A DNA stretch of 55,189 bases, taken from positions 1 to 55,189 of IMG/VR virus record IMGVR_UViG_3300025066_002456; one strand, given 5' to 3'. Within the stretch, counting starts at the first letter, position 1. Each line of letters begins with the position of its first letter. Position numbers and translations under genes: made by a program. The notes below the pieces were generated by a model. It was given only the letters and a program-made list of their open reading frames with translations, did no database searches and was not told the origin of the DNA. Source of the DNA: a virus. Taxonomy: Duplodnaviria > Caudoviricetes. Of the stretch, positions 46,565-54,926 are shown piece after piece.

Positions 46565-47839
46565 TCAATCATGTGTTTCAATTTGCTCGTCTATCTCTTC
46601 AAGCCAGCTTTCTACATCGAACTCTTCTTCGGTACCAAGATCTAATTTTTCTAAAATTTTATTCAATTGTTTTTCTTCATTAAATTCTTCACAAACCCAT
46701 TTTTGAAGTTCTTTTGAGCGTTTCTTAAATCTACCATGATCTTTATAAACGTCTTCTAACGCCATTTTTACTGAGCCTTCCTCTGGGTAAGCCCACATTG
46801 AGTCAGATTGTATTACGCCATCCCATACAGACTCCTTTTCTACATGCTTAAGAGTATAACTTAATTTAGAAAACATATGTTTAAATTTTTCTTTGCCATT
46901 CTTGTGTTTTGTACTTTTATAAAGAAAATCTAAATGTCCTGACCAATCAGTAGCAATTATTGGCAAGCCATAATATGCTGCCTCAAACATTGGAAGGCCA
47001 AAACCCTCGCCATGTGTGGTGCTGACAAGGGCTTTAATTTTTGGATGTGTGTATAAGCCGGCCATTTCTTGATCAGTAAGATAACCATGTAATAAATATA
47101 GTTTGCACTTGCGATCTGGATATTGTGATATTACGCTCTTAAAGCGCGCCATTGTATGATTGCGATCGAGTAATGAATTTTTTGCCATATTTGCTTTCAG
47201 AATCAATCCAACATTCTCGTTATCTTTAAACGTCTCTATAAAACACTTTATAGCTTGAAGTGCGTTTTTTCTTGGAGATATCTGTGCCACAGATAAGAAA
47301 TTGAATTCTGTTTTTAAACTTAAGTCTAATTTTACGGGATCAAATTTTCTAACCGGATAAGACACATAGTCAACTGGAGTCTGGGTTTTGTAGACCCCTT
47401 CTTCGCCTGTTTGTTCATTTTTATATTTGTACTCAGTTTCTTCGAAAGTACTTTTAGAATGCTTACTAATTGTAACAATTTTATCCATTAGAAAAGATTT
47501 CTCGATCCACTGAGGAGATACCTTTGTGGTCTCGATACCGGCAGTTATCCCAATATTAATAGGCGCTATTTTCTCCCATTCATTGGGGATAGTCACCTGC
47601 AGGGAGACGTCAAACGCACCACCAGAGTTAACATACCCTATGGTCTTTTGCAGAGCTTCGTCAATCCATCTTCTTTCTTCATCGTCCTCCCAAAGCCAGC
47701 TGGTTGCTCCCCAAACAATGGGCTGTATATAAACATCATACAAATCTGGTTTAGTCCTTAGGGCACGCAAGATAGTTCTCGCATGATGACCATATCCAGA
47801 TTGAGTTAAAATTGGTCCCTTTAATAATACTTTTTTCAT
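46565..47839 (-). CDS. GT4-family glycosyltransferase
   Basis: SGYG, RKN, THGEGFGLPMFEAAYYGLPIIATDWSGH; the ATG at 47839 has a GAGG SD (track start 47863). Confidence 0.9.
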   Translation of the reverse strand: MKKVLLKGPILTQSGYGHHARTILRALRTKPDLYDVYIQPIVWGATSWLWEDDEERRWIDEALQKTIGYVNSGGAFDVSLQVTIPNEWEKIAPINIGITAGIETTKVSPQWIEKSFLMDKIVTISKHSKSTFEETEYKYKNEQTGEEGVYKTQTPVDYVSYPVRKFDPVKLDLSLKTEFNFLSVAQISPRKNALQAIKCFIETFKDNENVGLILKANMAKNSLLDRNHTMARFKSVISQYPDRKCKLYLLHGYLTDQEMAGLYTHPKIKALVSTTHGEGFGLPMFEAAYYGLPIIATDWSGHLDFLYKSTKHKNGKEKFKHMFSKLSYTLKHVEKESVWDGVIQSDSMWAYPEEGSVKMALEDVYKDHGRFKKRSKELQKWVCEEFNEEKQLNKILEKLDLGTEEEFDVESWLEEIDEQIETHD

Positions 47840-47841
47840 CC

Positions 47842-49095
47842 TCAAACCTCGTTTAAGTGCCATTTTTTATAGCCGCTTCTAGTTTCCCAAGAGCCACATT
47901 TATTATATATTTCAGTTAATAGTTCTTCCCAACGAGAGGTATACGCCTCATAATTATATTTTTTATTAACATATTCGTTGCCCATAGACCCCATCTTGTC
48001 GCGTTCTTCCGGTGTCATATTATAAATTTTTTCTAATGCATTAATGAAATCTTCTTTGTTGATTCTGTCTTCATATATGTATGGTATATCCTGTGAACCT
48101 ATAACAGCTTTAGAAACCGGCTCTATGCCAATACCAAACCAATTTTCTCCATCAGTAACTTGTTCCTGTAGACCACCTGTCATATTAACAATAATCGGAG
48201 TTCCACATGATAAAGACTCTAAAGTAGATAAACCAAACCCTTCCGCATCAGAAATGTTAACAGTAACGTCTGCAACATTGTACATTGCAGCTAAATCTGG
48301 AAAATCAACTTTTTGTGTTGAGAATTGTACTTCGCCATTTGTCAGCCCCAGATCTTCTACTATAGCTATTAAATTTGGGCCATTGGGGTCTTTTGGATCT
48401 GTATGCATAATTAATCTAGCATTTTTTTGGTCTACCCTATCTAAGAACTCTTTAAACCAGTGAATTAATGTACCAGATTGCTTTCTTCTGGCATTACGAT
48501 TATTCCAGAATACAACAAATTTCTCTTCTGGTATTTTCATTTTTTCACGTAAAGCTTTTTTATCTTCTTCACTCAAAGGCTTAAAATTTTCTGGCCTAAC
48601 AGCATGTGGCAAGTAGTGACTTTCCACCTCCGGAGAGACAGTGTTAACTATATCATGTGTAACTTTTGATATACATACTACAGCATCGTTAGAATCATAC
48701 CACACTTTGTTAAATTTTGGATATGGATAATTATCCCAAACATGATAATAAACCATTGGCATCAATGATCTAATTTCATCTTCAATTTCCCATAGCCACG
48801 GGAAGAATCTGGGATCTGTCATAAACCAAAGCATATCTGGTTTTTCAGTGCGTATAATCGATCTTACAGATTCCTGACTTCCGTATCCATCAACAGGATA
48901 AACAACTAGATTTTCTCCCCACTTGTCTGTTTTTTGTGGGGCATAATCAGTATGCTTTATCGCTCCACCAAAACACAAAAAACTAAACTTCTCTGTCTCT
49001 AAGAGTGCTTCAATCATATAACGTGTTTGTGTACCTACGCCGGATGGTGAGTAAGGATGGTCAGCTATAACAAAAACCTTAATTCTTTCTTTCAT
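47842..49095 (-). CDS. GT4-family glycosyltransferase
   Basis: PSGVG, NRNARRK, SDAEGFGLSTLESLSCGTP, TGGLQEQV. Confidence 0.9.
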   Translation of the reverse strand: MKERIKVFVIADHPYSPSGVGTQTRYMIEALLETEKFSFLCFGGAIKHTDYAPQKTDKWGENLVVYPVDGYGSQESVRSIIRTEKPDMLWFMTDPRFFPWLWEIEDEIRSLMPMVYYHVWDNYPYPKFNKVWYDSNDAVVCISKVTHDIVNTVSPEVESHYLPHAVRPENFKPLSEEDKKALREKMKIPEEKFVVFWNNRNARRKQSGTLIHWFKEFLDRVDQKNARLIMHTDPKDPNGPNLIAIVEDLGLTNGEVQFSTQKVDFPDLAAMYNVADVTVNISDAEGFGLSTLESLSCGTPIIVNMTGGLQEQVTDGENWFGIGIEPVSKAVIGSQDIPYIYEDRINKEDFINALEKIYNMTPEERDKMGSMGNEYVNKKYNYEAYTSRWEELLTEIYNKCGSWETRSGYKKWHLNEV

Positions 49096-49098
49096 TTT

Positions 49099-49875
49099 TT
49101 ACCTACAATGTTTTGTTTTATAAAATTCGCAACCAAAGCCCGAGGTACATGATAAACGATTTTTTATGTACTTGTTATTTTCAATATTATAAATCGATTT
49201 TTTAAGTAAGTTAAGAGAATTCTCAGTTTTTTTCACACCGCTAGTTACGCGAAATATTTCTACGTTGTTGGTTTTTGCCGTACGTTTTAAAAGTGCAAAA
49301 TGAGTTTCTATATTTTTTGGATCTATGCTGTGCTTTTTTGCAAAATAATTTTTATATAACGTTAGCTGATAGCTTGTTATTCTATCAGTTTTTCTCTTTG
49401 AGTCCCAGCCCCAAGAACAGGTCTTCCAATCAATAATATGGTATTTTTGATCCGGTGTTTTTATCACCAAGTCAATGTAACCTTTGAACTTCAAATCTGT
49501 ATCTTCAAGATCTTCGTATAGCTCTTCTTCCACAGAAAATACTTCAAAATTAGTAAACGTCTTTTTTAAAGACGGCAAGATATGTAAAAGTAGGCCTTCT
49601 ACCTGTTTTCTCATTTGTAAAATTAAATCTTTTTTAAGATCGACTTTTTTTTCTGTTAATAATTTCAGTTCTTCTAAGAACTTAGAATTAAATTCTAACA
49701 ATAGATCTATCTTCTCGTCAAAGACAACTTTCTCGCATACATGATGGACGGCTGTACCAAAGGCAGTATACTCGTTACCTAAAAATTTTTTTATATTTTC
49801 CACATAAACTAATTTATGTTTAAACGGACATTCATTCCAGATTTTCAACTCTGAAAAAGATATATGTGATCTCAT
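49099..49875 (-). CDS. PD-(D/E)XK nuclease, RecB/Cas4-like
   Basis: SFSEL...CP, GTAVH, GYIDL, IIDWKT, QLTLY; three C-terminal Cys plus one N-terminal Cys. Confidence 0.88.
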   Translation of the reverse strand: MRSHISFSELKIWNECPFKHKLVYVENIKKFLGNEYTAFGTAVHHVCEKVVFDEKIDLLLEFNSKFLEELKLLTEKKVDLKKDLILQMRKQVEGLLLHILPSLKKTFTNFEVFSVEEELYEDLEDTDLKFKGYIDLVIKTPDQKYHIIDWKTCSWGWDSKRKTDRITSYQLTLYKNYFAKKHSIDPKNIETHFALLKRTAKTNNVEIFRVTSGVKKTENSLNLLKKSIYNIENNKYIKNRLSCTSGFGCEFYKTKHCR

Positions 49876-50183
49876 TTTCTACTTCTAGTTCTCTTTGCTT
49901 TTTTTTTCGGCTTGTCCACTTTTTTTGGCACAAGTACAAATTCCCAAACACCAGAACATTTATTTTCGAAATCATTGTCTAAACGTGTGTGGTGGATGTT
50001 TGTTATAGCTGGGCCTAGCGTGTGGCTAGCTGGAACATTATAGTTTTCTTTTATTAATCGATCGACATCTTGCCACCTTATTCTCACCCGACGTTCGTTA
50101 ACTCTTTTTCTCAATGGTAAGCTAATATGTAAGCGCATTACATTGTTCTCAAAATCATTTTCAAATTTAAAATTCATAATCAT
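49872..50183 (-). CDS. Hypothetical protein with basic C-terminus
   Basis: ORF overlapping both neighbours on the same strand. Confidence 0.65.
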   Translation of the reverse strand: MIMNFKFENDFENNVMRLHISLPLRKRVNERRVRIRWQDVDRLIKENYNVPASHTLGPAITNIHHTRLDNDFENKCSGVWEFVLVPKKVDKPKKKAKRTRSRK

Positions 50184-50844
50184 TTTCTCCGCTATCTATA
50201 TCTTCAACTAGAGATATCTTTATATAAATATAGGGACATATTTCTTTTAAGTAACTACGTTCACCTAAATAATATTCTTCAAACCCTCTAGCAAAATATT
50301 CTCTAAGAGAGGTTACAGAATAAGCGCCTAAAAATATTCCTTTTGTTATGTTGTTTAATTTTTCATATCCAACTTCATCTTTCAAAAAGGAATCTAGGCC
50401 TTCATCATGTTCTGTCCGATCGAAAGTATCTTTTTCATAATTTATAAAACTATCTATTTTTTTTCTTTTTAATAAAAAATTTTGTTCTATAGTGCCATCT
50501 GCATAAATAATCTCACCAAAGTTATCTTCAGCAGCATGAGCGAATTCATGTATTACATCCTTGATTAAATCATTCTCATCTCCGTTGTTATTACTAACGT
50601 ATATGGCGCCGTCGGAGTACACAGCATCTATTTCTCTCTCTTTGAACTCACTAAAGTCTCCAATATATACAATATCGATAAGATTTAAAATATGATCAGG
50701 CAATAACTGATTAATTTTTTCAAAAACTGTTTTATGGTCAACATCATTTAAAAAACGATCTTTAAAAACTATATCCAATAAACCAATTCGTTGGTTAGGA
50801 GTTTTCTTATTCTTCACATAATTTACAAGATCTTTTTTTCTCAT
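50167..50844 (-). CDS. Putative zincin metallopeptidase
   Basis: IHEFAHAAE (HExxH) with a downstream REYFARGFE third-ligand motif. Confidence 0.7.
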   Translation of the reverse strand: MRKKDLVNYVKNKKTPNQRIGLLDIVFKDRFLNDVDHKTVFEKINQLLPDHILNLIDIVYIGDFSEFKEREIDAVYSDGAIYVSNNNGDENDLIKDVIHEFAHAAEDNFGEIIYADGTIEQNFLLKRKKIDSFINYEKDTFDRTEHDEGLDSFLKDEVGYEKLNNITKGIFLGAYSVTSLREYFARGFEEYYLGERSYLKEICPYIYIKISLVEDIDSGENDYEF

Positions 50845-51118
50845 TATCTTCTTCTTTACTTAATTTCATCCCTGTATCAACATCTTCAATCGCTTGTTGG
50901 TAGCCTCTGACCCAGTTTTCTTCTGCGATCGCAAGAAGAAATTCTGGAAATTCTCTTGCCACCACATCAATGATCATTTCAACCGTCACACTATTATCAT
51001 CCGGATTGATTTTCTCTCCAGTATATTCTACTAAAAAATTTTTTAAATCATTCTCTGGTTCTACTACTTCATGAAGACTGGGATTGTTTTCCAAATCTTT
51101 TGCATTTACTATTTCCAT
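50807..51118 (-). CDS. Hypothetical acidic protein (103 aa)
   Basis: TAATG-coupled to phoH. Confidence 0.7.
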   Translation of the reverse strand: MEIVNAKDLENNPSLHEVVEPENDLKNFLVEYTGEKINPDDNSVTVEMIIDVVAREFPEFLLAIAEENWVRGYQQAIEDVDTGMKLSKEEDNEKKRSCKLCEE

Positions 51119-52425
51119 TATAATACCTTTGATGCCAAGGTGGCCACCTTAGATCGCTCCCCTTTTATTAGAGTCATATGACCAGAAAGATCATGCGCCT
51201 TAAGTTTTTCTACTGCATACGATAATCCGTTGGAAGTCGAATCCAAGTAGACACTATCAATTTGTTCTATGTCACCTGTGAGAATTATTTTAGTATTTTC
51301 ACCCACTCTGGTAATTATAGTCTTTAATTCATGAATTGTTAAGTTTTGTGCTTCATCAATAATAATAAAAGCATTAGTTATAGATCTACCTCTAATGTAA
51401 GTGAGGGCTTCTATTTGAATAGTGCCGTTCTCAAAAAACATTGACATGGAATCTTTTTTACCATTTAATAAGTGATCTAGATTGTCTTGGATAGGCATTA
51501 GCCATGGTCTCATCTTTTCTTCCATTGTCCCGGGAAGATAACCGATATCTTTCCCCAAAGGCTGGACCGGTCTAGATACAACTAGTTTTTTGTATGTTTC
51601 TTGGTCCAGCACTTGGTCTAGGCCGGCCGCAATTGCCAAAAGAGTCTTACCACAGCCGGCTTTTCCAACTAGTGTAACGATAGGTATGTTCGGATCCAAT
51701 AAAACGTCTAAAGCAAACATTTGTTCCTTGTTTCTAGGTTTTAAACCCCAAACACCATTCTTGTATTCAGAAACTTTGTGTAAAGGCAAGTTGTAGTTTT
51801 TGAATCTGACCAACGCGGTTTTCTTTTCATTTGCATTTGAAACCAGCATTAAAAACTGATTTGGTTTGAACCTGCCTTCTTCTTTTTCAAGATATACTTC
51901 TTGGCCTTCGTATACATGATCAATTGATTGATCATCAACTAAATGTTTTGCGAAGCCAGTAAATAATTTATTACGATCGGTTATAACTTTGTTGGTAATG
52001 TAATCTTCAGTTAACATTCCTAAAGAGTCACACTTCACACGCATATTGATATCACGAGTTACAACAATTACTTTTCTTTTAAGATTCTTCTTTTGTTCAG
52101 TAATAGCAGTTGTAATAATCTCATTATCCGCACTTTGTAAATCACACGAAATTGGCAAGTCTTCTATATCGTATCCTCTTACAGATAGAACACCTTTTCC
52201 TTTTGCAATTCTGACACCTTTATGTAAATTGCCCTTGCTTCGAAGATTATCCAGTATTCGGATGATAGATCTGGCATTTAAACCAACACCATCTTGTCTT
52301 TTTTTATGTTTATCGATTTCATCCAAGACCTTTAAAGGTATAATAATATCATTATTTTGAAATTCAAATATCGATTTTGAGTTTGTTAGGAATACATTAG
52401 TGTCTAATACGTACGTTTTTTTCAT
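51118..52425 (-). CDS. phoH: PIN-domain PhoH-family ATPase (PhoH2/YlaK-like)
   Basis: PIN motifs YVLDTNV, LDEID, ADNEI, TRDINMR; Walker A GKAGCGKT; GYLPG, RGRS, DEAQN, GDIEQID. Confidence 0.93.
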   Translation of the reverse strand: MKKTYVLDTNVFLTNSKSIFEFQNNDIIIPLKVLDEIDKHKKRQDGVGLNARSIIRILDNLRSKGNLHKGVRIAKGKGVLSVRGYDIEDLPISCDLQSADNEIITTAITEQKKNLKRKVIVVTRDINMRVKCDSLGMLTEDYITNKVITDRNKLFTGFAKHLVDDQSIDHVYEGQEVYLEKEEGRFKPNQFLMLVSNANEKKTALVRFKNYNLPLHKVSEYKNGVWGLKPRNKEQMFALDVLLDPNIPIVTLVGKAGCGKTLLAIAAGLDQVLDQETYKKLVVSRPVQPLGKDIGYLPGTMEEKMRPWLMPIQDNLDHLLNGKKDSMSMFFENGTIQIEALTYIRGRSITNAFIIIDEAQNLTIHELKTIITRVGENTKIILTGDIEQIDSVYLDSTSNGLSYAVEKLKAHDLSGHMTLIKGERSKVATLASKVL

Positions 52426-52459
52426 GCTTTACTCTGTGCTCAAAAACTAGTTAACTATA

Positions 52460-53206
52460 ATGAAGAAATATTTAATAATCACCATACTACTACTTCTATC
52501 GTCATTTGTAAATAGTTGTGCGTTCCAAACAAATGTAATTAAGTCTCTTCAAGATGCTAAAAAATCAATTTTAAAAATAGAAACATGGGCTAGATTAGGA
52601 GCATGCGACAAAGAAACTGGTGTTTGCGCTGCAACTGAATTGATATCAATGGGCTCTGGCGCCGTGGTACTATATAAGAATAAGAAAGTTGTATTAACAG
52701 CAGCACATGTCTGCAAACAAGACAGCTTCGAAAAATTCGTCAATACACACAATGGTCGTTTCTTTCTAAAAGCAATTGATCGAGGTGGCAAAGAATATCT
52801 TATAAGAGTTATAAAATATGATAATAATCAAGATATATGTTTATTAGCTAGCATCTCCGGTGATCTACCACCTTATTTAAAAATAAGTTCAAAAAAACCA
52901 GAATATGCTGAAATAGTATATAATCTTGCTGCACCCTTAGGGATTATCGACGGTCAGATGGTACCAACTTATCAAGGATTTTTCTTTGGTAATTCAGAAG
53001 GAAGCGCTTTCTATAGCATTCCAGTTGCTGGAGGATCCTCAGGATCTCCTATCGTTAGTTCTAAAGGAGAGCTAATTGGGATGATTCATTCTGTACACTA
53101 CAAATTTCATCACATAAGTCTTTCTGCGACCTATCAACAGCTTTGGAATTTTTTAAAGCTTGAAGGAAACTATACATTAGAATTCCAGAACTCGTCCCAA
53201 CATTAA
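52460..53206 (+). CDS. Secreted or lipoprotein trypsin-like serine protease (S1)
   Basis: Signal peptide MKKYLIITILLLLSSFVNSC; triad motifs LTAAHVC, DICLL, GGSSGSP. Confidence 0.88.
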   Translation: MKKYLIITILLLLSSFVNSCAFQTNVIKSLQDAKKSILKIETWARLGACDKETGVCAATELISMGSGAVVLYKNKKVVLTAAHVCKQDSFEKFVNTHNGRFFLKAIDRGGKEYLIRVIKYDNNQDICLLASISGDLPPYLKISSKKPEYAEIVYNLAAPLGIIDGQMVPTYQGFFFGNSEGSAFYSIPVAGGSSGSPIVSSKGELIGMIHSVHYKFHHISLSATYQQLWNFLKLEGNYTLEFQNSSQH

Positions 53207-53693
53207 GGCTTCGAACTGAACCATATTGTGGAATTTCTACGCTATAGTCGGCAATTTTTAATGTTTCCTCAGTTAGGCCGAGCCCCTCTTCACCAAAGAC
53301 CATAAGAGGTGGTTTTTTTAAAGACTGCCAATCAAATTCACCCAATTTATGAGTTTTAGGTACGTTGTTGTCAATTGCGACGATCGTATACGTATTTTTA
53401 AGCTCTACCAGTTCAGATACACCACCATCAAGAAATACCAAATCCACATAGTGATGAGCGCCAACCGTTCCACGGCGATCAAAACGCTTTTTACCCATGT
53501 AAAAAACTTTTTCAGCGTTAAATGCATTTGCGTTACGAATGAGCGTGCTGATGTTAAAATCACCTTGCCAATGTTCCATACAAACTGCGAAGGGATTTGC
53601 GGTTCTCTGCAGATCTCTCTTAATGGATTCAGTAGGCCAATTTTTATATCTGTCAATAACATTGCGCTTCCATAGACTCCAACGATCAGACAT
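53061..53693 (-). CDS. TrmH/SpoU-family RNA 2'-O-methyltransferase
   Basis: NISTLIRNANAF, VFGEEGLGL, IPQYGSVRSLNV (SPOUT motifs 1-3); start at 53693 or 53705. Confidence 0.9.
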   Translation of the reverse strand: MSDRWSLWKRNVIDRYKNWPTESIKRDLQRTANPFAVCMEHWQGDFNISTLIRNANAFNAEKVFYMGKKRFDRRGTVGAHHYVDLVFLDGGVSELVELKNTYTIVAIDNNVPKTHKLGEFDWQSLKKPPLMVFGEEGLGLTEETLKIADYSVEIPQYGSVRSLNVGTSSGILMYSFLQALKNSKAVDRSQKDLCDEICSVQNESSQLALL

Positions 53694-54009
53694 CACTGCC
53701 ACCAATAGTAATTATATCACAATCTTCTAGATTTGCAAACATTTTATGCTGTTTATCTTCAATTGCAATAATCGCATCTTCAACACTGTCATGTTGTCCA
53801 CAACTTTCATTTGGAAATGACGTTGCATTATACTTTACGATTAAGCGATCGCTAACTGACATTTTAAGAGTTTTATCTTTTTTGTATTGAGTCCAATCGA
53901 TATCTTGTTTTTCTTTTACTTCTGAAAAGATATGACCTAGACACCTTCCATCTTTCCAAACATATTTTTTTGATGAAAGGTATTCATCTTTCATTAGTTT
54001 ATAATTCAT
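53686..54009 (-). CDS. Hypothetical protein (107 aa)
   Basis: ORF with an AGGTG SD-like site, in the operon direction. Confidence 0.65.
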   Translation of the reverse strand: MNYKLMKDEYLSSKKYVWKDGRCLGHIFSEVKEKQDIDWTQYKKDKTLKMSVSDRLIVKYNATSFPNESCGQHDSVEDAIIAIEDKQHKMFANLEDCDIITIGGSDV

Positions 54010-54016
54010 TATTCAC

Positions 54017-54844
54017 CTATAAACTGCTTATCTTAATAGAGATATTATATAATATCTCACCGTTTTGTTTCTTTTCTAAGATTAGTTTTGTTTCTTCTTT
54101 TTCTAAATCTTGGAATTGAATGTCCTTTCGATGTTCTTTTAATATGGAGTACACAAAGGCGTCTTTTCCATATTTGTTATAATCCTTTTGAAGAAGACCA
54201 TTTTCATGTTTTCCTCTTTCTAGGGAGCCTTTATGTTCTCTCCATCTTCTCTCTAATTGTGTGGTACATCCAATATAACTCCTATTATTTATTTTATTTT
54301 TGATTTCGTAAATTACAGATTTCATATTTGCGCGTTTGTTTTGCAAATAAGCTCGATTTTTTTTATTAATAGTTTCTTTGTACTTTTCACGATATTTCTT
54401 TTTCTTTAAAGAAATAGCATCTTTATTTATTTCACGCCATTGCTTTAAATGTTCAGCGATTTTTTCTTTATTCTCTATGCGGTATTGTCTGCGATGTTCT
54501 TTTAATCTCTCTTTATTTTTTTCACAATATTGTCTGTGATATTCAGACATTTTTTCTTTGTTCTTTTCACGATATTGTTTTCTATATTCAGCGATTTTTT
54601 CTTTATTCTCTATGTGGTATTGTTTATTATATTCAGCAATTTTTTCTTTATTTTTTTCACTATATTGCTTTTTCTTTAAAGCAATAGTATCTTTGTTTTG
54701 CGCACGATATTGTTTATTATAAGCTGCGCAACATGTTTTACACTCCGTAGCTAAATTATCCTTTTTGCTTTTATTCTTATTAAGCTCACATAATAATTTA
54801 GATTTTTTACATGAACTACATATCTTTTCTTTAAAATTTTTCAT
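54017..54844 (-). CDS. GIY-YIG homing endonuclease-like protein with N-terminal zinc finger and helical repeats
   Basis: C-terminal VIYEIKNKINNRSYIGCT...RRWREH...E...YN; N-terminal CSSC...CKTC. Confidence 0.85.
   Translation of the reverse strand: MKNFKEKICSSCKKSKLLCELNKNKSKKDNLATECKTCCAAYNKQYRAQNKDTIALKKKQYSEKNKEKIAEYNKQYHIENKEKIAEYRKQYREKNKEKMSEYHRQYCEKNKERLKEHRRQYRIENKEKIAEHLKQWREINKDAISLKKKKYREKYKETINKKNRAYLQNKRANMKSVIYEIKNKINNRSYIGCTTQLERRWREHKGSLERGKHENGLLQKDYNKYGKDAFVYSILKEHRKDIQFQDLEKEETKLILEKKQNGEILYNISIKISSL
54362..54721 (-). repeat. About 8 tandem degenerate 45-nt (15-aa) coding repeats
   Basis: YNKQYRAQNKDTIAL / KKKQYSEKNKEKIAE / YNKQYHIENKEKIAE / YRKQYREKNKEKMSE / YHRQYCEKNKERLKE / HRRQYRIENKEKIAE / HLKQWREINKDAISL / KKKKYREKYKETINK. 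Confidence 0.85.
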
Positions 54845-54847
54845 ATT

Positions 54848-54923
54848 TGGTACCCCCTGTAGGGATCGAACCTACGACCTGCGGATTAAGAGTCCGATGC
54901 TCTACCAACTGAGCTAAGGAGGC
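54848..54923 (-). tRNA. tRNA-Lys (anticodon CTT), 76 nt, encoded CCA
   Basis: GCCTCCTTAGCTCAGTTGGTAGAGCATCGGACTCTTAATCCGCAGGTCGTAGGTTCGATCCCTACAGGGGGTACCA folds as a cloverleaf: D arm GCTC/GAGC, anticodon loop CTCTTAA, T arm GTAGG-TTCGATC-CCTAC. Confidence 0.95.
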
Positions 54924-54926
54924 GTG

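Noticed and set aside
52428-52461. Sigma70 promoter TTTACT...TATAAT for the protease
   Set aside because: The spacing is 22 nt and the TATAAT overlaps the ATG itself
54362-54721. CRISPR array near the Cas4-like gene
   Set aside because: The repeats are degenerate in-frame 45-nt coding units without unique spacers
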